Below are positions 9,066-20,145 of a DNA stretch of 64,000 nt, one piece after another. The notes below the pieces were generated by a model. That model was not told the DNA's origin. It was given only the letters and a program-made list of their open reading frames with translations, and did not search any database. This DNA is from Candidatus Latescibacterota bacterium. GTDB lineage: Bacteria; Latescibacterota; UBA2968; UBA8231. The DNA lies in assembly GCA_965223905.1 (NCBI GenBank), contig CBDCXV010000009.1, positions 704,001-768,000 on the forward strand, read 5' to 3'. A program made the translations under genes and the position numbers. The stretch's first letter is position 1, and the number at the start of each line of letters is the position of its first letter.

Positions 9066-11378
9066 ATGGCATCGTCCCACGGTGAGATTCGCGACTACGG
9101 CAACAAGGAGTACAAGGTCATCGGCACCCGGCCGATACGGCACGACGGCACCGACAAGGTGACGGGGCGCGCGGTGTACGGAGGGGACGTACAGCTCTCC
9201 GGCATGCTCTACGGGCAGGTGCTGCGCTCGCCACACGGGCACGCCCGCATCAAGTCGATCGACACCAGCAGGGCCGAGGCGCTGGAGGGGGTGCGCGCGG
9301 TGGTCACCGGACTGGGGGACCTGCCCCCGACCGAAGGGGACGAGATCGTCGACCTCGGCGAGGGGCCGGCCAAGCTGAAATACATGCGCGACAACGTCCT
9401 GGCAACCGACAAGGTGCTCTACCGCGGCCATGCGGTCGCCGGGGTCGCCGCGGTCAACCCGCACATCGCCGAGGAAGCGCTCGGCCTCATCGACGTCGAA
9501 TACGAGGTGCTGCCGTCGTACACCGAGGTCCTCGAGGCGATGAAGGAGGATTCCGTGCTCCTGCACGAGGACCTGACCACGCAGGAGTTCGGCGAGGACA
9601 CCGGCAGGAAGAGCAACATCGCCTCCCACAACCAGGACAAGCTCGGTGCCGTCGCCGAAGGTTTCGCCCGGGCGGACGTGGTGGCCGAGTACGAGGTCAA
9701 CACCGCCACCGTGCACCAGGGGTACATCGAACCGCACAACGGCACCGCTTCCTGGAGCCAGGACGGCAACCTGACGGTCTGGACCAGCACCCAGGGCTCC
9801 TTCACCGCACGCGGTCAGCTCGGGGCCGTGCTCGACGTCCCGGTGCAGAAGGTCAAGGTCGTGCCGCAGGAGATCGGCGGCGGTTTCGGCGGCAAGATTC
9901 CGGTCTATCTCGAGCCGGTGGCGGCGCTGCTTTCGCGCAAGACCGGACAGCCCGTCAAGATCATCATGACCCGGGCCGACTGCTTCGAAGGCACCGGTCC
10001 GACGCCGGGATCGTTCGTGCGCGTCAAGATGGGGGCCGACAGGAACGGCAGGCTGACCGCGGCCGAGGCCTGGATCGCCTTCGAGGCCGGGGGGTATCCC
10101 GGCTCGCCGGTGTTCGCCGCGGCGATGTGCGTCTTTTCATGCTACGCTATTCCCAACTGTCTCGTCGACAGTTTCGACGTGGTGACCAACAAGCCCCGCA
10201 GCTTCGCCTACCGCGCACCGGGATCGACCCACGTCGCCTTCGCCACCGAGAAGGTGATGGACGATCTCGCCGCCCAGCTCGGGAAGGATCCGGTGGAGTT
10301 CCGGTTGCAGAACGTCGCCGTCGAGGGGACGCGGCGCTCCGACGGCGTCGTCTACCCGCGCATAGGCGCCAGGGAGTGCCTGGAGGTGGTGCGCGACCAC
10401 GACCACTACAAGGCCGCGCTGGAAGGACCGAACCGGGGCCGCGGGGTGGCGCTGGGCTACTGGTTCAACATCGGCTTCAAGTCCGCGGTGACGGCTTCCG
10501 TGAACGACGACGGCACCGTAAACCTCGTCGAGGGCTCAACCGACATCGGCGGCACCCGCACCAGCATCGCCATGCAGTTCGCCGAGACCCTCGGGCTGGC
10601 AGCCGAAGAGATCAACCCGGCGGTGGTCGACACCAACTCGATCGGCTTCACCGACGTTACCGGGGGCAGCCGGGTTACCTACGCCACCGGCTGGGCCGCC
10701 CATGACGCCGCCATCGACGTCCGCAACCAGATGATCGAGCGGGCCGCGGCCCTGTGGGAGGTGGATGCGGCCGATGTCGAGTACGAGGACGGCTTCTACC
10801 GCACCAGGGACGGCGCCAGGAAGCTGACCTTCAAGGAGCTTGCCGGTAGACTGGGCGAAACCGGAGGCCCGGTGATCGGCAAGGCCTCGGTCGATCCGAA
10901 CGCCGGCGTCGGCGGCTCGTTTTCAGCCAACATCGTCGACGTCGAGGTCGACCCGGAGACCGGCAAGGTCACCATCCTTCGCTTCACGGCGATTCAGGAT
11001 GCCGGCAAGGCGATTCACCCCAGTTACGTCGAGGGCCAGATGCAGGGCGGGTCGGTTCAGGGTATCGGCTGGGCTCTCAACGAAGAGTACTTCTACGCCG
11101 ACGGGGTCATGGAGAATTCGACCTTCCTCGACTACCGCATTCCGACCACCCTCGACCTGCCGATGATCGACACCGTCATCGTCGAGGTTCCCAACCCCGG
11201 CCACCCGTTCGGGGTCCGCGGCGTCGGCGAGGCGAACATCGCTCCGCCGCCGGCCGCGATCGCGTCGGCGATCGCCGACGCCACCGGGGTGCGGCTCTGC
11301 GACCTCCCGATGCGTCCCGACCGCATCGCCGCGGCGATCGCGGAGAAACGGGAGGCGGATTCGCTGGCCGCCGGATAG
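9066..11378 (+). CDS. Xanthine dehydrogenase/aldehyde oxidoreductase-family molybdopterin-binding large subunit
   Basis: IGGGFGGK; active-site loop AYRAPG; GQMQGGSVQGIG; GVRGVGE. Confidence 0.92.
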   Translation: MASSHGEIRDYGNKEYKVIGTRPIRHDGTDKVTGRAVYGGDVQLSGMLYGQVLRSPHGHARIKSIDTSRAEALEGVRAVVTGLGDLPPTEGDEIVDLGEGPAKLKYMRDNVLATDKVLYRGHAVAGVAAVNPHIAEEALGLIDVEYEVLPSYTEVLEAMKEDSVLLHEDLTTQEFGEDTGRKSNIASHNQDKLGAVAEGFARADVVAEYEVNTATVHQGYIEPHNGTASWSQDGNLTVWTSTQGSFTARGQLGAVLDVPVQKVKVVPQEIGGGFGGKIPVYLEPVAALLSRKTGQPVKIIMTRADCFEGTGPTPGSFVRVKMGADRNGRLTAAEAWIAFEAGGYPGSPVFAAAMCVFSCYAIPNCLVDSFDVVTNKPRSFAYRAPGSTHVAFATEKVMDDLAAQLGKDPVEFRLQNVAVEGTRRSDGVVYPRIGARECLEVVRDHDHYKAALEGPNRGRGVALGYWFNIGFKSAVTASVNDDGTVNLVEGSTDIGGTRTSIAMQFAETLGLAAEEINPAVVDTNSIGFTDVTGGSRVTYATGWAAHDAAIDVRNQMIERAAALWEVDAADVEYEDGFYRTRDGARKLTFKELAGRLGETGGPVIGKASVDPNAGVGGSFSANIVDVEVDPETGKVTILRFTAIQDAGKAIHPSYVEGQMQGGSVQGIGWALNEEYFYADGVMENSTFLDYRIPTTLDLPMIDTVIVEVPNPGHPFGVRGVGEANIAPPPAAIASAIADATGVRLCDLPMRPDRIAAAIAEKREADSLAAG

Positions 11379-11413
11379 CCCCCCGGGGCGCCCGGCAGCG
11401 GCACCTCTCTCTC

Positions 11414-11689
11414 ATGCCGACCGTGTGGATCCCACCCCTCTGGAGAGACAAGCTCACCGGGGGGCAGGAGACGGTGGAAGTGTCCGGCGGCACCGTGCGT
11501 GAAATCGTCGCCGAGCTCGAGGCCCGGTTTCCCGGGATTCGCGAGCGCCTCGTCGACGAGGAGGAAGACCGGATTCGCCGCAATATCGCCGTCGCCGTCG
11601 ACGGGGAGGTGTCGCGGGAGGGAATGCGCAGGAAGGTGCCCGAGGGCGGCGAGGTGCACTTCCTGCCGGCGATGAGCGGCGGCAGGTAG
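11414..11689 (+). CDS. moaD: MoaD/ThiS-family sulfur carrier protein
   Basis: 91 aa beta-grasp pattern ending FLPAMSGG-R; follows the molybdoenzyme genes. Confidence 0.8.
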   Translation: MPTVWIPPLWRDKLTGGQETVEVSGGTVREIVAELEARFPGIRERLVDEEEDRIRRNIAVAVDGEVSREGMRRKVPEGGEVHFLPAMSGGR

Positions 11690-11873
11690 TTTCCCCGAAA
11701 AGGGGCGGTCTTGCCTTCCTCTCTTCTGGCAGCCTCCCGGCTGCTGCAGGCGGAGAGGCGCAGAAAGGTTGCCGACCCTCGCCGAAAACCTGCTGATTCG
11801 CGCCTCGGTCTGGACGCCGGCTCCCAGGCTCTTCCCTTCACCTGACTGCCAGGATCCCTTCCTCGGCAGCCGG

Positions 11874-13535
11874 TTACCCTGTGAGAGTGATGAAGAGAAG
11901 CACGACGGTGGTCACCTCGCCGATGACCGCCATGGTTTGCGTGAAGATCGTCCAGTAGTCGCGCACCGGTTTTTCCAAGATCCAGATGCGGTCTCCAGGC
12001 TCGACTCGCCGCACGTCCTTGGCCCACTTGGGCTGTCCGGTGCTCGCCTTGATGACGCGCACCTTTCCCGAGGCCCGCCATCCGTACCCGTCCGCGCTCT
12101 CGATGTAGTCCCACACCGAATAGTCGGGGTTGTAGACGACGGCACCGGGACTCGTCGCAGCCCCGCTGACTATCACCATCTGCTGCAGGCGCGGCACCGC
12201 GATGATGTCTCCGGGCAGCAGCTCGATGTCCTGGGATTCGTCCCCCGCCTCGAGAGCGACGAAATCGACGACCATCTCACCCGGCCTCTCGCGGCTTTTC
12301 ATGATGAAGTACTGATTCTCGTCTTCCGTCCTGTCGGCCGGGGGGATGAAACGGATGCGCTCGAACTCGGGATCCCCGGCGACCTCCTCCCGCAGCCTGA
12401 CCACTCGCGCTTCGGACAGGGAGGCCTCGCGCGTGAACCCGCCTGCGAGGGCGAGGGCCTCACTCAACGAGGTGCCGTCTTTGTCGACGACATGGGAACC
12501 GGGCAGCTCGACCTCCCCGACGATCTGGATTGTGCTGCGGTCGTGGTACCCGGTCAGCTTCCTCAGGACGATCCAGTCGCCGGCCTGCAGCGGCAGGTCG
12601 GCCTCTTCCCGTCCCTGGAGAATCGCCTCGACATCGATTCTGCGCGTGTACTGAGTCTTGCCGTCCTCGCGATACCGGAAAAGATAGGCGTTGGCCGGAT
12701 CGTAGTACGGGGCCGCACCGAGAGCGAGGGTAAGGAGGTCGCTGATGCGGTCCCCCTCGACGAATTCGAAGAATCCGGGTCGCTGAACCGACTCCCGGGC
12801 GGCGATGGTGCCGATCTGCCCCGGCACTATCACGATATCGCCGTCTTCGATGAACGGGTTGTACCGCGACAGCCCGGTCGCCTCGTACAGGCTCAGATCG
12901 GCGCGGTGCGATTCCAGCGCCTCGAGCGCCTTGGTGTCTCCGCGCTGAGCACGCGCGCTCAGCTCCGCAGCGGTGGCGGAATCGAGCGCGGCGGTCTTGA
13001 CCACGCGGATGTTGCGGCGCGAGGCGGATCCGGTCAATCCACCCGCCACGTTGATCAATTCGCTGACCCGCATTACTCCGCTGGCCTTGTGGAGCCCCGG
13101 CCCTGCGACCATGCCGACGACGGCAACCGGGAAGCGCCGGAGCTTGCTGAGCTCGACGTGGATCGTGCCTACCCGCACGGTGGCCTGGAAGGTGTCGACA
13201 ATCGCCCGGTGAACCTCCCGCAGCCGCCGTCCGCCAACGCGGATGGGGCCGATCTTCGGGAGGAACAGGCCCCCCTCGGAAAGCACCGGACTTATGAACG
13301 GTTCCTCCGTGCCGGTGACGTAGATCAAAAACTCGTCGCCCGGCCCCACGAGGTAGGTGCCGCTCTCCAGCACCTCGCGAAAGGCATCCATGCCTATCAG
13401 CGCCGCGGGATCCGCGGGCTGGGGCTGGCGCAACTCGATAATCATCCCCCCTTCCGACGACTCCTGCGCGCCGGCGGAGGGGAGCAGGCCGAGCAGGAAT
13501 GCCCCGGCGGCGAGCAGGGAAACGGTCCGCCTCAT
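11874..13535 (-). CDS. SLBB-repeat polysaccharide export protein (Wza/KpsD-like)
   Basis: Signal peptide; YLVGPGDEF Poly_export motif; several SLBB repeats (GEVELPG, LAGGFTREAS); ATGA overlap with the upstream gene. Confidence 0.82.
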   Translation of the reverse strand: MRRTVSLLAAGAFLLGLLPSAGAQESSEGGMIIELRQPQPADPAALIGMDAFREVLESGTYLVGPGDEFLIYVTGTEEPFISPVLSEGGLFLPKIGPIRVGGRRLREVHRAIVDTFQATVRVGTIHVELSKLRRFPVAVVGMVAGPGLHKASGVMRVSELINVAGGLTGSASRRNIRVVKTAALDSATAAELSARAQRGDTKALEALESHRADLSLYEATGLSRYNPFIEDGDIVIVPGQIGTIAARESVQRPGFFEFVEGDRISDLLTLALGAAPYYDPANAYLFRYREDGKTQYTRRIDVEAILQGREEADLPLQAGDWIVLRKLTGYHDRSTIQIVGEVELPGSHVVDKDGTSLSEALALAGGFTREASLSEARVVRLREEVAGDPEFERIRFIPPADRTEDENQYFIMKSRERPGEMVVDFVALEAGDESQDIELLPGDIIAVPRLQQMVIVSGAATSPGAVVYNPDYSVWDYIESADGYGWRASGKVRVIKASTGQPKWAKDVRRVEPGDRIWILEKPVRDYWTIFTQTMAVIGEVTTVVLLFITLTG

Positions 13536-14671
13536 GGCTGTGTCTCCGGCCATGACCGCGAGTTTTCGTATGCGGTGACTTTCATGTTGCCGTCCTCTCC
13601 TTTTTCGGCGTAAAGGCGGAATCGATCGGCGGCGTAGCTGCCGAACACGCCGGTTCCACCATCGACGTGAAAGATCGGACCGGTGTCGCTGTCGGCGCCC
13701 GAAATTCCGTTCAGTACGGTCCGGAAGTAGTCGACGTAGTTCCTGTCCGCGGCATGCAGCGCGACCTCGTATTCCCCCTCGAAACGGACGCCGAACCACC
13801 AGAAGTCGCTGCGCGTCGAATCGGCGGGAATCCAGTAGTCGAAGACGCGGTTCTGGTAGAGCTCCCGGCGCTTACGGCGCCACTTCCGGCCCTCGCTCCA
13901 GTCCGCGCGGTCGATCTCGTCCCAGTCCTCCTGCTCCCGGTCCCGCAGCCAACGGATCCCGCTGCCGTCGCCGCGCACCATGGAGATGTTTCCCCCGAGG
14001 AAATCTCTCAGCCTGCGGATCTCGCTGTCCAGCGCCGCCAGCGAATCGGCATCGACCTGCCCGTCGAGGCGTTCGCGCAGGGCGACCAGCGAGTCGAGGT
14101 CCGCGGTCAGCGGCTCGGCGGTGACCGGCAGGGATCTCACCTCCAGCGCCTCGATGACGATGATGTACCCCGCGGCCGTCGGACTGGGTTCCCAGGAAAA
14201 CTCTCCGGGGTGGTTGAGGTCGCCGAAGCGGTCTCCGAACCCCTGCAGGTAGGTGATCGTATCCCCCAAAGACCCGGACAACCTCGCTTGCCACGGGACG
14301 GTCGTTTGCGCCCGCAGCAGGCGTTCCTCGTGCCGCACCTCCAGGCGATAGGTCTCTCCCTCGACGACCGGCAGCAATTCGGCGGCCACGGCGTAAGTGC
14401 CGGGTGAATCTGTCCTCTCCTCGAGAACGACCCTTCCCTCGTCGTTGCCGATGGCGACCTCGGCTCCGCTGACGATCTCCTCGCGGCCCTCCCAGAAGCG
14501 CTCGGGCGGCAGGGTCTGGCGCAGCAGGACCTCGACGTCGCTGCCCGGAGTCAGGAACGACTCGACGTACAACACCTGCTGCGGATCGTCGATGCCCCCG
14601 GGATTGCTGCAGCCGGCCGCGGCGGCAAGGCATGCGAGTGCGGTCAGGATCGGCAAGGTACGGCGTTTCAT
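13532..14671 (-). CDS. DUF4249-like lipoprotein, probable partner of the TonB-dependent receptor
   Basis: MKRRTLPILTALACLAAAAG-C lipobox; C-terminal HVDGGTGVFGSYA; TGATG overlap with the receptor stop. Confidence 0.72.
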   Translation of the reverse strand: MKRRTLPILTALACLAAAAGCSNPGGIDDPQQVLYVESFLTPGSDVEVLLRQTLPPERFWEGREEIVSGAEVAIGNDEGRVVLEERTDSPGTYAVAAELLPVVEGETYRLEVRHEERLLRAQTTVPWQARLSGSLGDTITYLQGFGDRFGDLNHPGEFSWEPSPTAAGYIIVIEALEVRSLPVTAEPLTADLDSLVALRERLDGQVDADSLAALDSEIRRLRDFLGGNISMVRGDGSGIRWLRDREQEDWDEIDRADWSEGRKWRRKRRELYQNRVFDYWIPADSTRSDFWWFGVRFEGEYEVALHAADRNYVDYFRTVLNGISGADSDTGPIFHVDGGTGVFGSYAADRFRLYAEKGEDGNMKVTAYENSRSWPETQP

Positions 14672-16951
14672 CAGAACTTGAAATCGATGCCGATGCTGGG
14701 CAGCACGGGGAGCATCGGGATCTCCCGGCGCTTCCCCGCCTGGCGCTTGTGAGCGCTGCCTTCGCTCCAGTAGTAGTTGAAGACGTTCCTGTGGTTCGTC
14801 AGGTTGATGACCTGGAGAATGGCCGTCATCCCCCAGGAGGTAAACTCGAAACCGCGGGCAATCGACACGTCGAGGCGTTGATACGAGGGCAGTCGCGAAC
14901 CGTTCAGCGGCCCCTTCTCCTCGAACACCCAGCGGCGCTCCGTCGGCAGGGTGAGCTCTCCGCGGCCGAACACCTGCGTGTAAGGCTGGCCCGAGGCGTA
15001 GGCGGCGCGGGTGTTGAGGCTCCACCTTTCCCGGAAACGCAGCGAGTGGATGAGGTTGAGGTTGGCGCGGCGGTCGAACTTGGAGCGGAAGGCTTGCTCG
15101 CGTCCGGCGCCGTCGAGATTGAGGCCGCCGATGGTCCGTTCGGTCACCCCGAGGGAGAGGGACAGCCATCCCAGGTGGCGGCCGGAGCGCTTGCGCAGCA
15201 GCAGGTCGAGCCCGAAGGCCTCGCCGTCGCCGCGGCGCAGGATGTCGCCGATCTCGCTCGACTCCTGTTCGTCGTAGTTGATCTCGTAGAGGCCGCCGTA
15301 ATCCTTGTAATAGAGCTCGCCGTCGATATCGATACCGAACCGGCGCGTCTCCAGGCCGGCGACGAAGTGGGTGGAGCTGCCGGGTGAGGCGGTCGAGTCC
15401 GCCAGCACCCAGATGTTCGACAACAGGGAAATCCCCTGAAACTCCCGGGTCAGGCGGAAGATGTACTGGTGGTAGCGCCCGACAGCGGCCTTCAGCGAGG
15501 TCTCGGGTCCGAGGCGGTAGCGGCCGGCAAGGCGAGGGGACCAGCCGGAGTACCCCCCGTTCGAGAAGTAGCTGAAGCGCAGGCCCGGCTGCAGGGTCAG
15601 GCGCTCGCCGGCAGTCCAGTTGTCCTGGACGTAGGCCGAGTGGTGGTACCCGGTGACGTCGATATCGTACCAGAGCTGGTCGGACTCGCCGAAGAGGTAC
15701 TCCGTCGATTGCCGTTTGCCGAGAATCCCCAGCTCGAGCTTGTGCGCCTGCGACGGGAAGTAGTTGATGTCCCCCTTGAACGACAGGTCGGTGAGCCGGT
15801 TCGACTCGCGCAGGCTGACGTCTTCGAAGTGGAACAGGGTGGAGGCCTTGAAGCGGCTTCCCGTGACCAGGAAGTTGCCGAAAAGGGAGCTGTCGAACAC
15901 GTGCGTCCACCGCGAGCTGATCGTGCGGTTGCCCCACTCGAGATCGAAGTCGAACTCGTCGAAGCGGTACTGCAGGTTGTCCTGCCCGGTGTAGCCGGCC
16001 AGGGTGAACTGGTCGTCGTGCGACAGCACCTGGTGGGTCTTGCCCTGCAGGTCGTAGAAGCGGTAGCCGAAGGCCTGCAGGTCGAAGGCGTTGCGGACGG
16101 CGGCGATGAGGGGCTCGAGATGGGTGCGGCGCCCGGAAATCAGCCACGAGCCGCGGCCGGCCGGGCCCTGAAGCGTCAGGCGCGAGTTGAGCAGGTCGGC
16201 GCCCCCCCCGGACCTCGAACCGCTCCTTGTTGCCCTCGTCGGTGATGACGTTGAGCACCGACGAGAGGCGGCCGCCGTACTTGGCGGGGTAGCCGCCGCG
16301 CAGCAGCTCCGTGCTCTTGGCGGCGTCGACGGGAAAGGTGCTGAAGAGCCCGAACATGTGGGAGGCGTTGTGGACCTCTGAGCCGTCGAGGAGCACGAGG
16401 TTCTGATCCGGGGTGCCGCCGCGAACGTAGAGGCCGACCGAGAAGTCGGAGAGGCTGGCCACCCCGGGCAGGGTCTGGATGGTGCGGATCGGATCGGCCG
16501 AAAGCGCCGCGGGCGCCATCTTCAGCTCGCGGACCTGCAGCGTCGTCCGGCTCGGGGAGATGTCGAAGCTCTCGACCTTTTGCCGCTCCGCCTCCACTAC
16601 CGTCGCCTCGACCTCGATGGCCCTTTGCTCCATGCGGACCTCGACGACGACGTCGCGGTCCGCGAGCTCGAGCTCCCGCGTTTCGGTTTTGTAGCCGATG
16701 ATGGAGGCGACGAGGGTGTAGCGTCCCGGGGGGACGCCGGCGATGGCGTAGTACCCGCTCTCGTTGGAAATGCTGCCCCAGTTGAGGCCTTCGAGGTAGA
16801 CCGTGGCGAACGGCAGGCTTTCGCCGTCACTGGCGTCGCGCACGAAGCCGCTGATGTCGGCCGCTTCCGCGGTTCCCGTCCCTGCGGCGAAGGCAGCCTG
16901 AACCAGGGTAGCGGCGAGGGGGGCGCTGAACGCGCGCAGGAACCTCCGCAA
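14671..16951 (-). CDS. TonB-dependent receptor with carboxypeptidase-regulatory-like N-domain; +1 frameshift in a G8 run at 16202-16209
   Basis: ISGFVRDASDGESLPFATV; plug motifs LYVRGGTPDQNLVLLDG and GGYPAKYGGRLSSVL; after the G run the frame resumes ADLLNSRLTLQGP... and ends in IDFKF (terminal Phe). Confidence 0.85.
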
Positions 16952-16954
16952 GGA

Positions 16955-17401
<447 letters not shown>

Positions 17402-17536
17402 GTGGCCCCGCGGAGGGCCGCCTCCGGCACCCGTCTCATCGCCAGGGCGCCGCCGCATCGAGGCTGCCGGCGGCCGCCTGCAGGATGCGCGGCGGCGAGG
17501 AGACGGTCGCGGCCGAGCCGGTGCAGCAGCCGCGGT

Positions 17537-18541
17537 TCAACGGTTTGCATACTGCTTCTCGTAGTAGGCCCGGTACTCTTCCCCGGACTTGATCCGCCGC
17601 CACCAGGCCTCGTTGCGGACGTACCAGTCCACGGTGGCGCTCATGGAGGCGGCCAGGTCGCGCCGCGGCTTCCAGCCCAGGGCGGCGATCTTGGAGGAGT
17701 CGAGGGCGTAGCGGTGGTCGTGCCCGCTGCGGTCCCTGACGAACTCGATGAGCGATTCCGGCTTGCCGAGCTGCTCGAGAATCCCGTGCGCGACCTCCAG
17801 GCCGTTCGACTCGTTCTCCCCCCCGACGTTGTAGACCTCGCCCACCTGCCCTTCGTGAAGCACCAGGGCGATCGCTTCGCAGTGATCCTCGACATGGAGG
17901 TGATCGCGCACCTGCCTGCCGTCGCCGTAGACCGGCAGCGGCCGGTCGTCGATGGCGTTGGTGATGTAGAGCGGGACCCGCTTCTCCGGGTACTGGCAGG
18001 GGCCGATGTTGTTCGACGCCCGGGTGATCACCGCGGGAAGGCCGTGGTTGACGTGGTAGGCGCGCACCAGGATGTCGGCGGCCGCCTTGCTGGCCGAGTA
18101 GGGATTGCGCGGGTCGATGGGGGACTCTTCGGTCCAGGCTCCCTCCTCGAGGCTGCCGTAGACCTCGTCGGTGCTGACCTGGAGATAGCGCTCGACCCCG
18201 TAGCGGTTGGCCGCTTCGAGCAGCACCGCGGTCCCGTAGACGTTGGTGCGCACGAACTCGGCGCCGCCGAGCAGGGAGCGGTCGACGTGGCTCTCGGCGG
18301 CGAAGTGGACGACGGCGTCCGCCTCTTCCACGAGAGGGTCGACGACCTGCGGATCGCAGACGTCTCCGCGCACGAACCGGTAGCGCGGATCTCCCTCGAC
18401 ATCGGCGAGGTTCTCCGGGTTACCGGCGTAGGTCAGCTTGTCGAGGTTGGTCACCGTGCAGGCGGGGTACCGTGCGAGCAGGTAGCGCACGAAATTGCTG
18501 CCGATGAAGCCGCAGCCCCCGGTGACGAGTATTGTCTTCAT
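17537..18541 (-). CDS. rfbB: dTDP-glucose 4,6-dehydratase
   Basis: GGCGFIGSNF, DKLTYAGN, AAESHVDRS, STDEVYGS, YSASKA and DRSGHDHRY. Confidence 0.95.
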   Translation of the reverse strand: MKTILVTGGCGFIGSNFVRYLLARYPACTVTNLDKLTYAGNPENLADVEGDPRYRFVRGDVCDPQVVDPLVEEADAVVHFAAESHVDRSLLGGAEFVRTNVYGTAVLLEAANRYGVERYLQVSTDEVYGSLEEGAWTEESPIDPRNPYSASKAAADILVRAYHVNHGLPAVITRASNNIGPCQYPEKRVPLYITNAIDDRPLPVYGDGRQVRDHLHVEDHCEAIALVLHEGQVGEVYNVGGENESNGLEVAHGILEQLGKPESLIEFVRDRSGHDHRYALDSSKIAALGWKPRRDLAASMSATVDWYVRNEAWWRRIKSGEEYRAYYEKQYANR

Positions 18542-19920
18542 CGCCTCAGGTTCGCAGCGGCACGAAGCGGACCGGAGAGGCCCAGGTCCGGCTCTTCTCC
18601 CGCTTCGCCGGGGGTCCGGGGACGGCGCCCGACGCTGACGTACTCGAAGCCGAGCTCGCCCATGCGCCGCGGCTCGTAGACGTTGCGGCAGTCGAGGAAC
18701 TTCGCCGTGCGCAAGGCCTCCCGAAGGCGCGGCAGGTCGATGTTGCGGAACTCGTTCCACTCGGTCAGCAGGACGATGGCGTCGCACCCCTCGGCAGCGG
18801 AATAGGGGTCTTCGAAACAGTGGATCTCGGGAAATTGCGCCTGCGCGCGTTCGTTGGCGGCCGGGTCGCAGGCGCGCACCGCGGCTCCTCCCGCCAGCAG
18901 CGCCGCGATCATGTCGAGGGAAGGGGCTTCGCGGATGTCGTCGGTGTCCGGCTTGAACGACAGCCCGAGGAGGCAGACCGACTTGCCCTGGAAAGGGCCG
19001 ATGAGGTCGGCCAGCTTGGAGATCATGCGCCGCCGCTGCAGCGTGTTGCTGCCGTCGATCGACTCGATGAGCGGGGCCTCGACCCCTCCCTTGCGTGCGG
19101 TGGCGGCCAACCCGGTGACGTCCTTGGGAAAACAGCTGCCGCCGTAGCCGGCGCCGGCGTTGAGGTAGCGGTGCCCGATGCGCTCGTCGAACCCCATGCC
19201 CCGGGCCACCGATGAGACGTCGGCGCCGTAGGCCTCGCAGATGCTGGCGATTTCGTTGATGAAGGAGATCTTGGCGGCGAGCAGGGCGTTCGACGCGTAC
19301 TTGATCATCTCCGCCGACTCGACATCCGTCAGCACCATCGGGATGTCCCGCTCGTACAGCGGGTTGTACACGTCGAGGATCGCCTCCATGGCGCGGCGGC
19401 TCGTCGCCCCGATCACCAGCCGGTCCGGGTGCAGGAAGTCGTCGATCGCCGAACCCTCGCGCAGGAACTCGGGATTGGACACGACGTCGAAGTCCTGGTC
19501 CGGCCGCACCCTGCGGATCACCTCGCCGACATCGACCCCGGTGCCGACCGGAACCGTCGACTTGTTGACGATGATCTTGTAGTCCTCCATGAAGGTGCCG
19601 ATGGTCTCGGCCGCGGCGGTGACGTAGGAGATGTCGACGTCCCCGGTAGGGAGGGGCGGCGTGCCGACGCAGATGAAGATGAGCTCCGATGTCTTGACGG
19701 CGAAGGCGACCTCGGTCGAGAAGGTCAGGCGGCCGCGGCTGACGTTGCGGGAGACCAGCTCGTCCAGTCCCGGTTCGTATATGGGCGATTCCCCCGCCTT
19801 GAGCCGGGAGATCCGCTCCTCGTCGATGTCGACGCAGACCACGGCGTTGCCGAAGTCGGCGAGACAGGAGCCGGTGACGAGGCCGACGTAGCCCGTCCCC
19901 ATTACGCAGACGCGTCTCAA
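18538..19920 (-). CDS. ugd: UDP-glucose 6-dehydrogenase
   Basis: GTGYVGL, SNPEFLREG, GYGGSCFPKD catalytic Cys and FKPDTDDIRE. Confidence 0.95.
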   Translation of the reverse strand: MRRVCVMGTGYVGLVTGSCLADFGNAVVCVDIDEERISRLKAGESPIYEPGLDELVSRNVSRGRLTFSTEVAFAVKTSELIFICVGTPPLPTGDVDISYVTAAAETIGTFMEDYKIIVNKSTVPVGTGVDVGEVIRRVRPDQDFDVVSNPEFLREGSAIDDFLHPDRLVIGATSRRAMEAILDVYNPLYERDIPMVLTDVESAEMIKYASNALLAAKISFINEIASICEAYGADVSSVARGMGFDERIGHRYLNAGAGYGGSCFPKDVTGLAATARKGGVEAPLIESIDGSNTLQRRRMISKLADLIGPFQGKSVCLLGLSFKPDTDDIREAPSLDMIAALLAGGAAVRACDPAANERAQAQFPEIHCFEDPYSAAEGCDAIVLLTEWNEFRNIDLPRLREALRTAKFLDCRNVYEPRRMGELGFEYVSVGRRPRTPGEAGEEPDLGLSGPLRAAANLRR

Positions 19921-20057
19921 TGATTTCCGCTCCGGTTGTTCTTCAGGGTAGGTCGTATCTGGCGGGACGGCGCCGCCGAAGAGCCCCTCATCACCCTTCG
20001 AGCCGCGCCGCAGAAGACAAGCATCTATTTGTTAAAGAAAGAGTTAGCAGATCATTT

Positions 20058-20086
20058 ACCTTAGGTGCCGCGATCGCGGATGTCAA
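20058..20086 (-). promoter_or_regulatory. Sigma70-type promoter for the ugd operon
   Basis: Minus strand TTGACA-N17-TAAGGT in an AT-rich intergenic patch about 140 nt upstream of ugd. Confidence 0.7.
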
Positions 20087-20145
20087 ACCGCCGCGGGCAG
20101 TTTCCCTCACCTTCCGGAGGCCCCGGGGGCCGGGCTTGTTGCAGG

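Noticed and set aside
7507-11378. Aerobic CO dehydrogenase (coxMSL) call
   Set aside because: Large subunit lacks AYxCSFR, and no coxDEFG genes are adjacent
13532-16951. 1139-aa ORF read as a single TonB plug-lipoprotein fusion
   Set aside because: Its middle is out-of-frame Arg/Pro-rich text caused by the G8 frameshift; it resolves into a receptor and a separate lipoprotein
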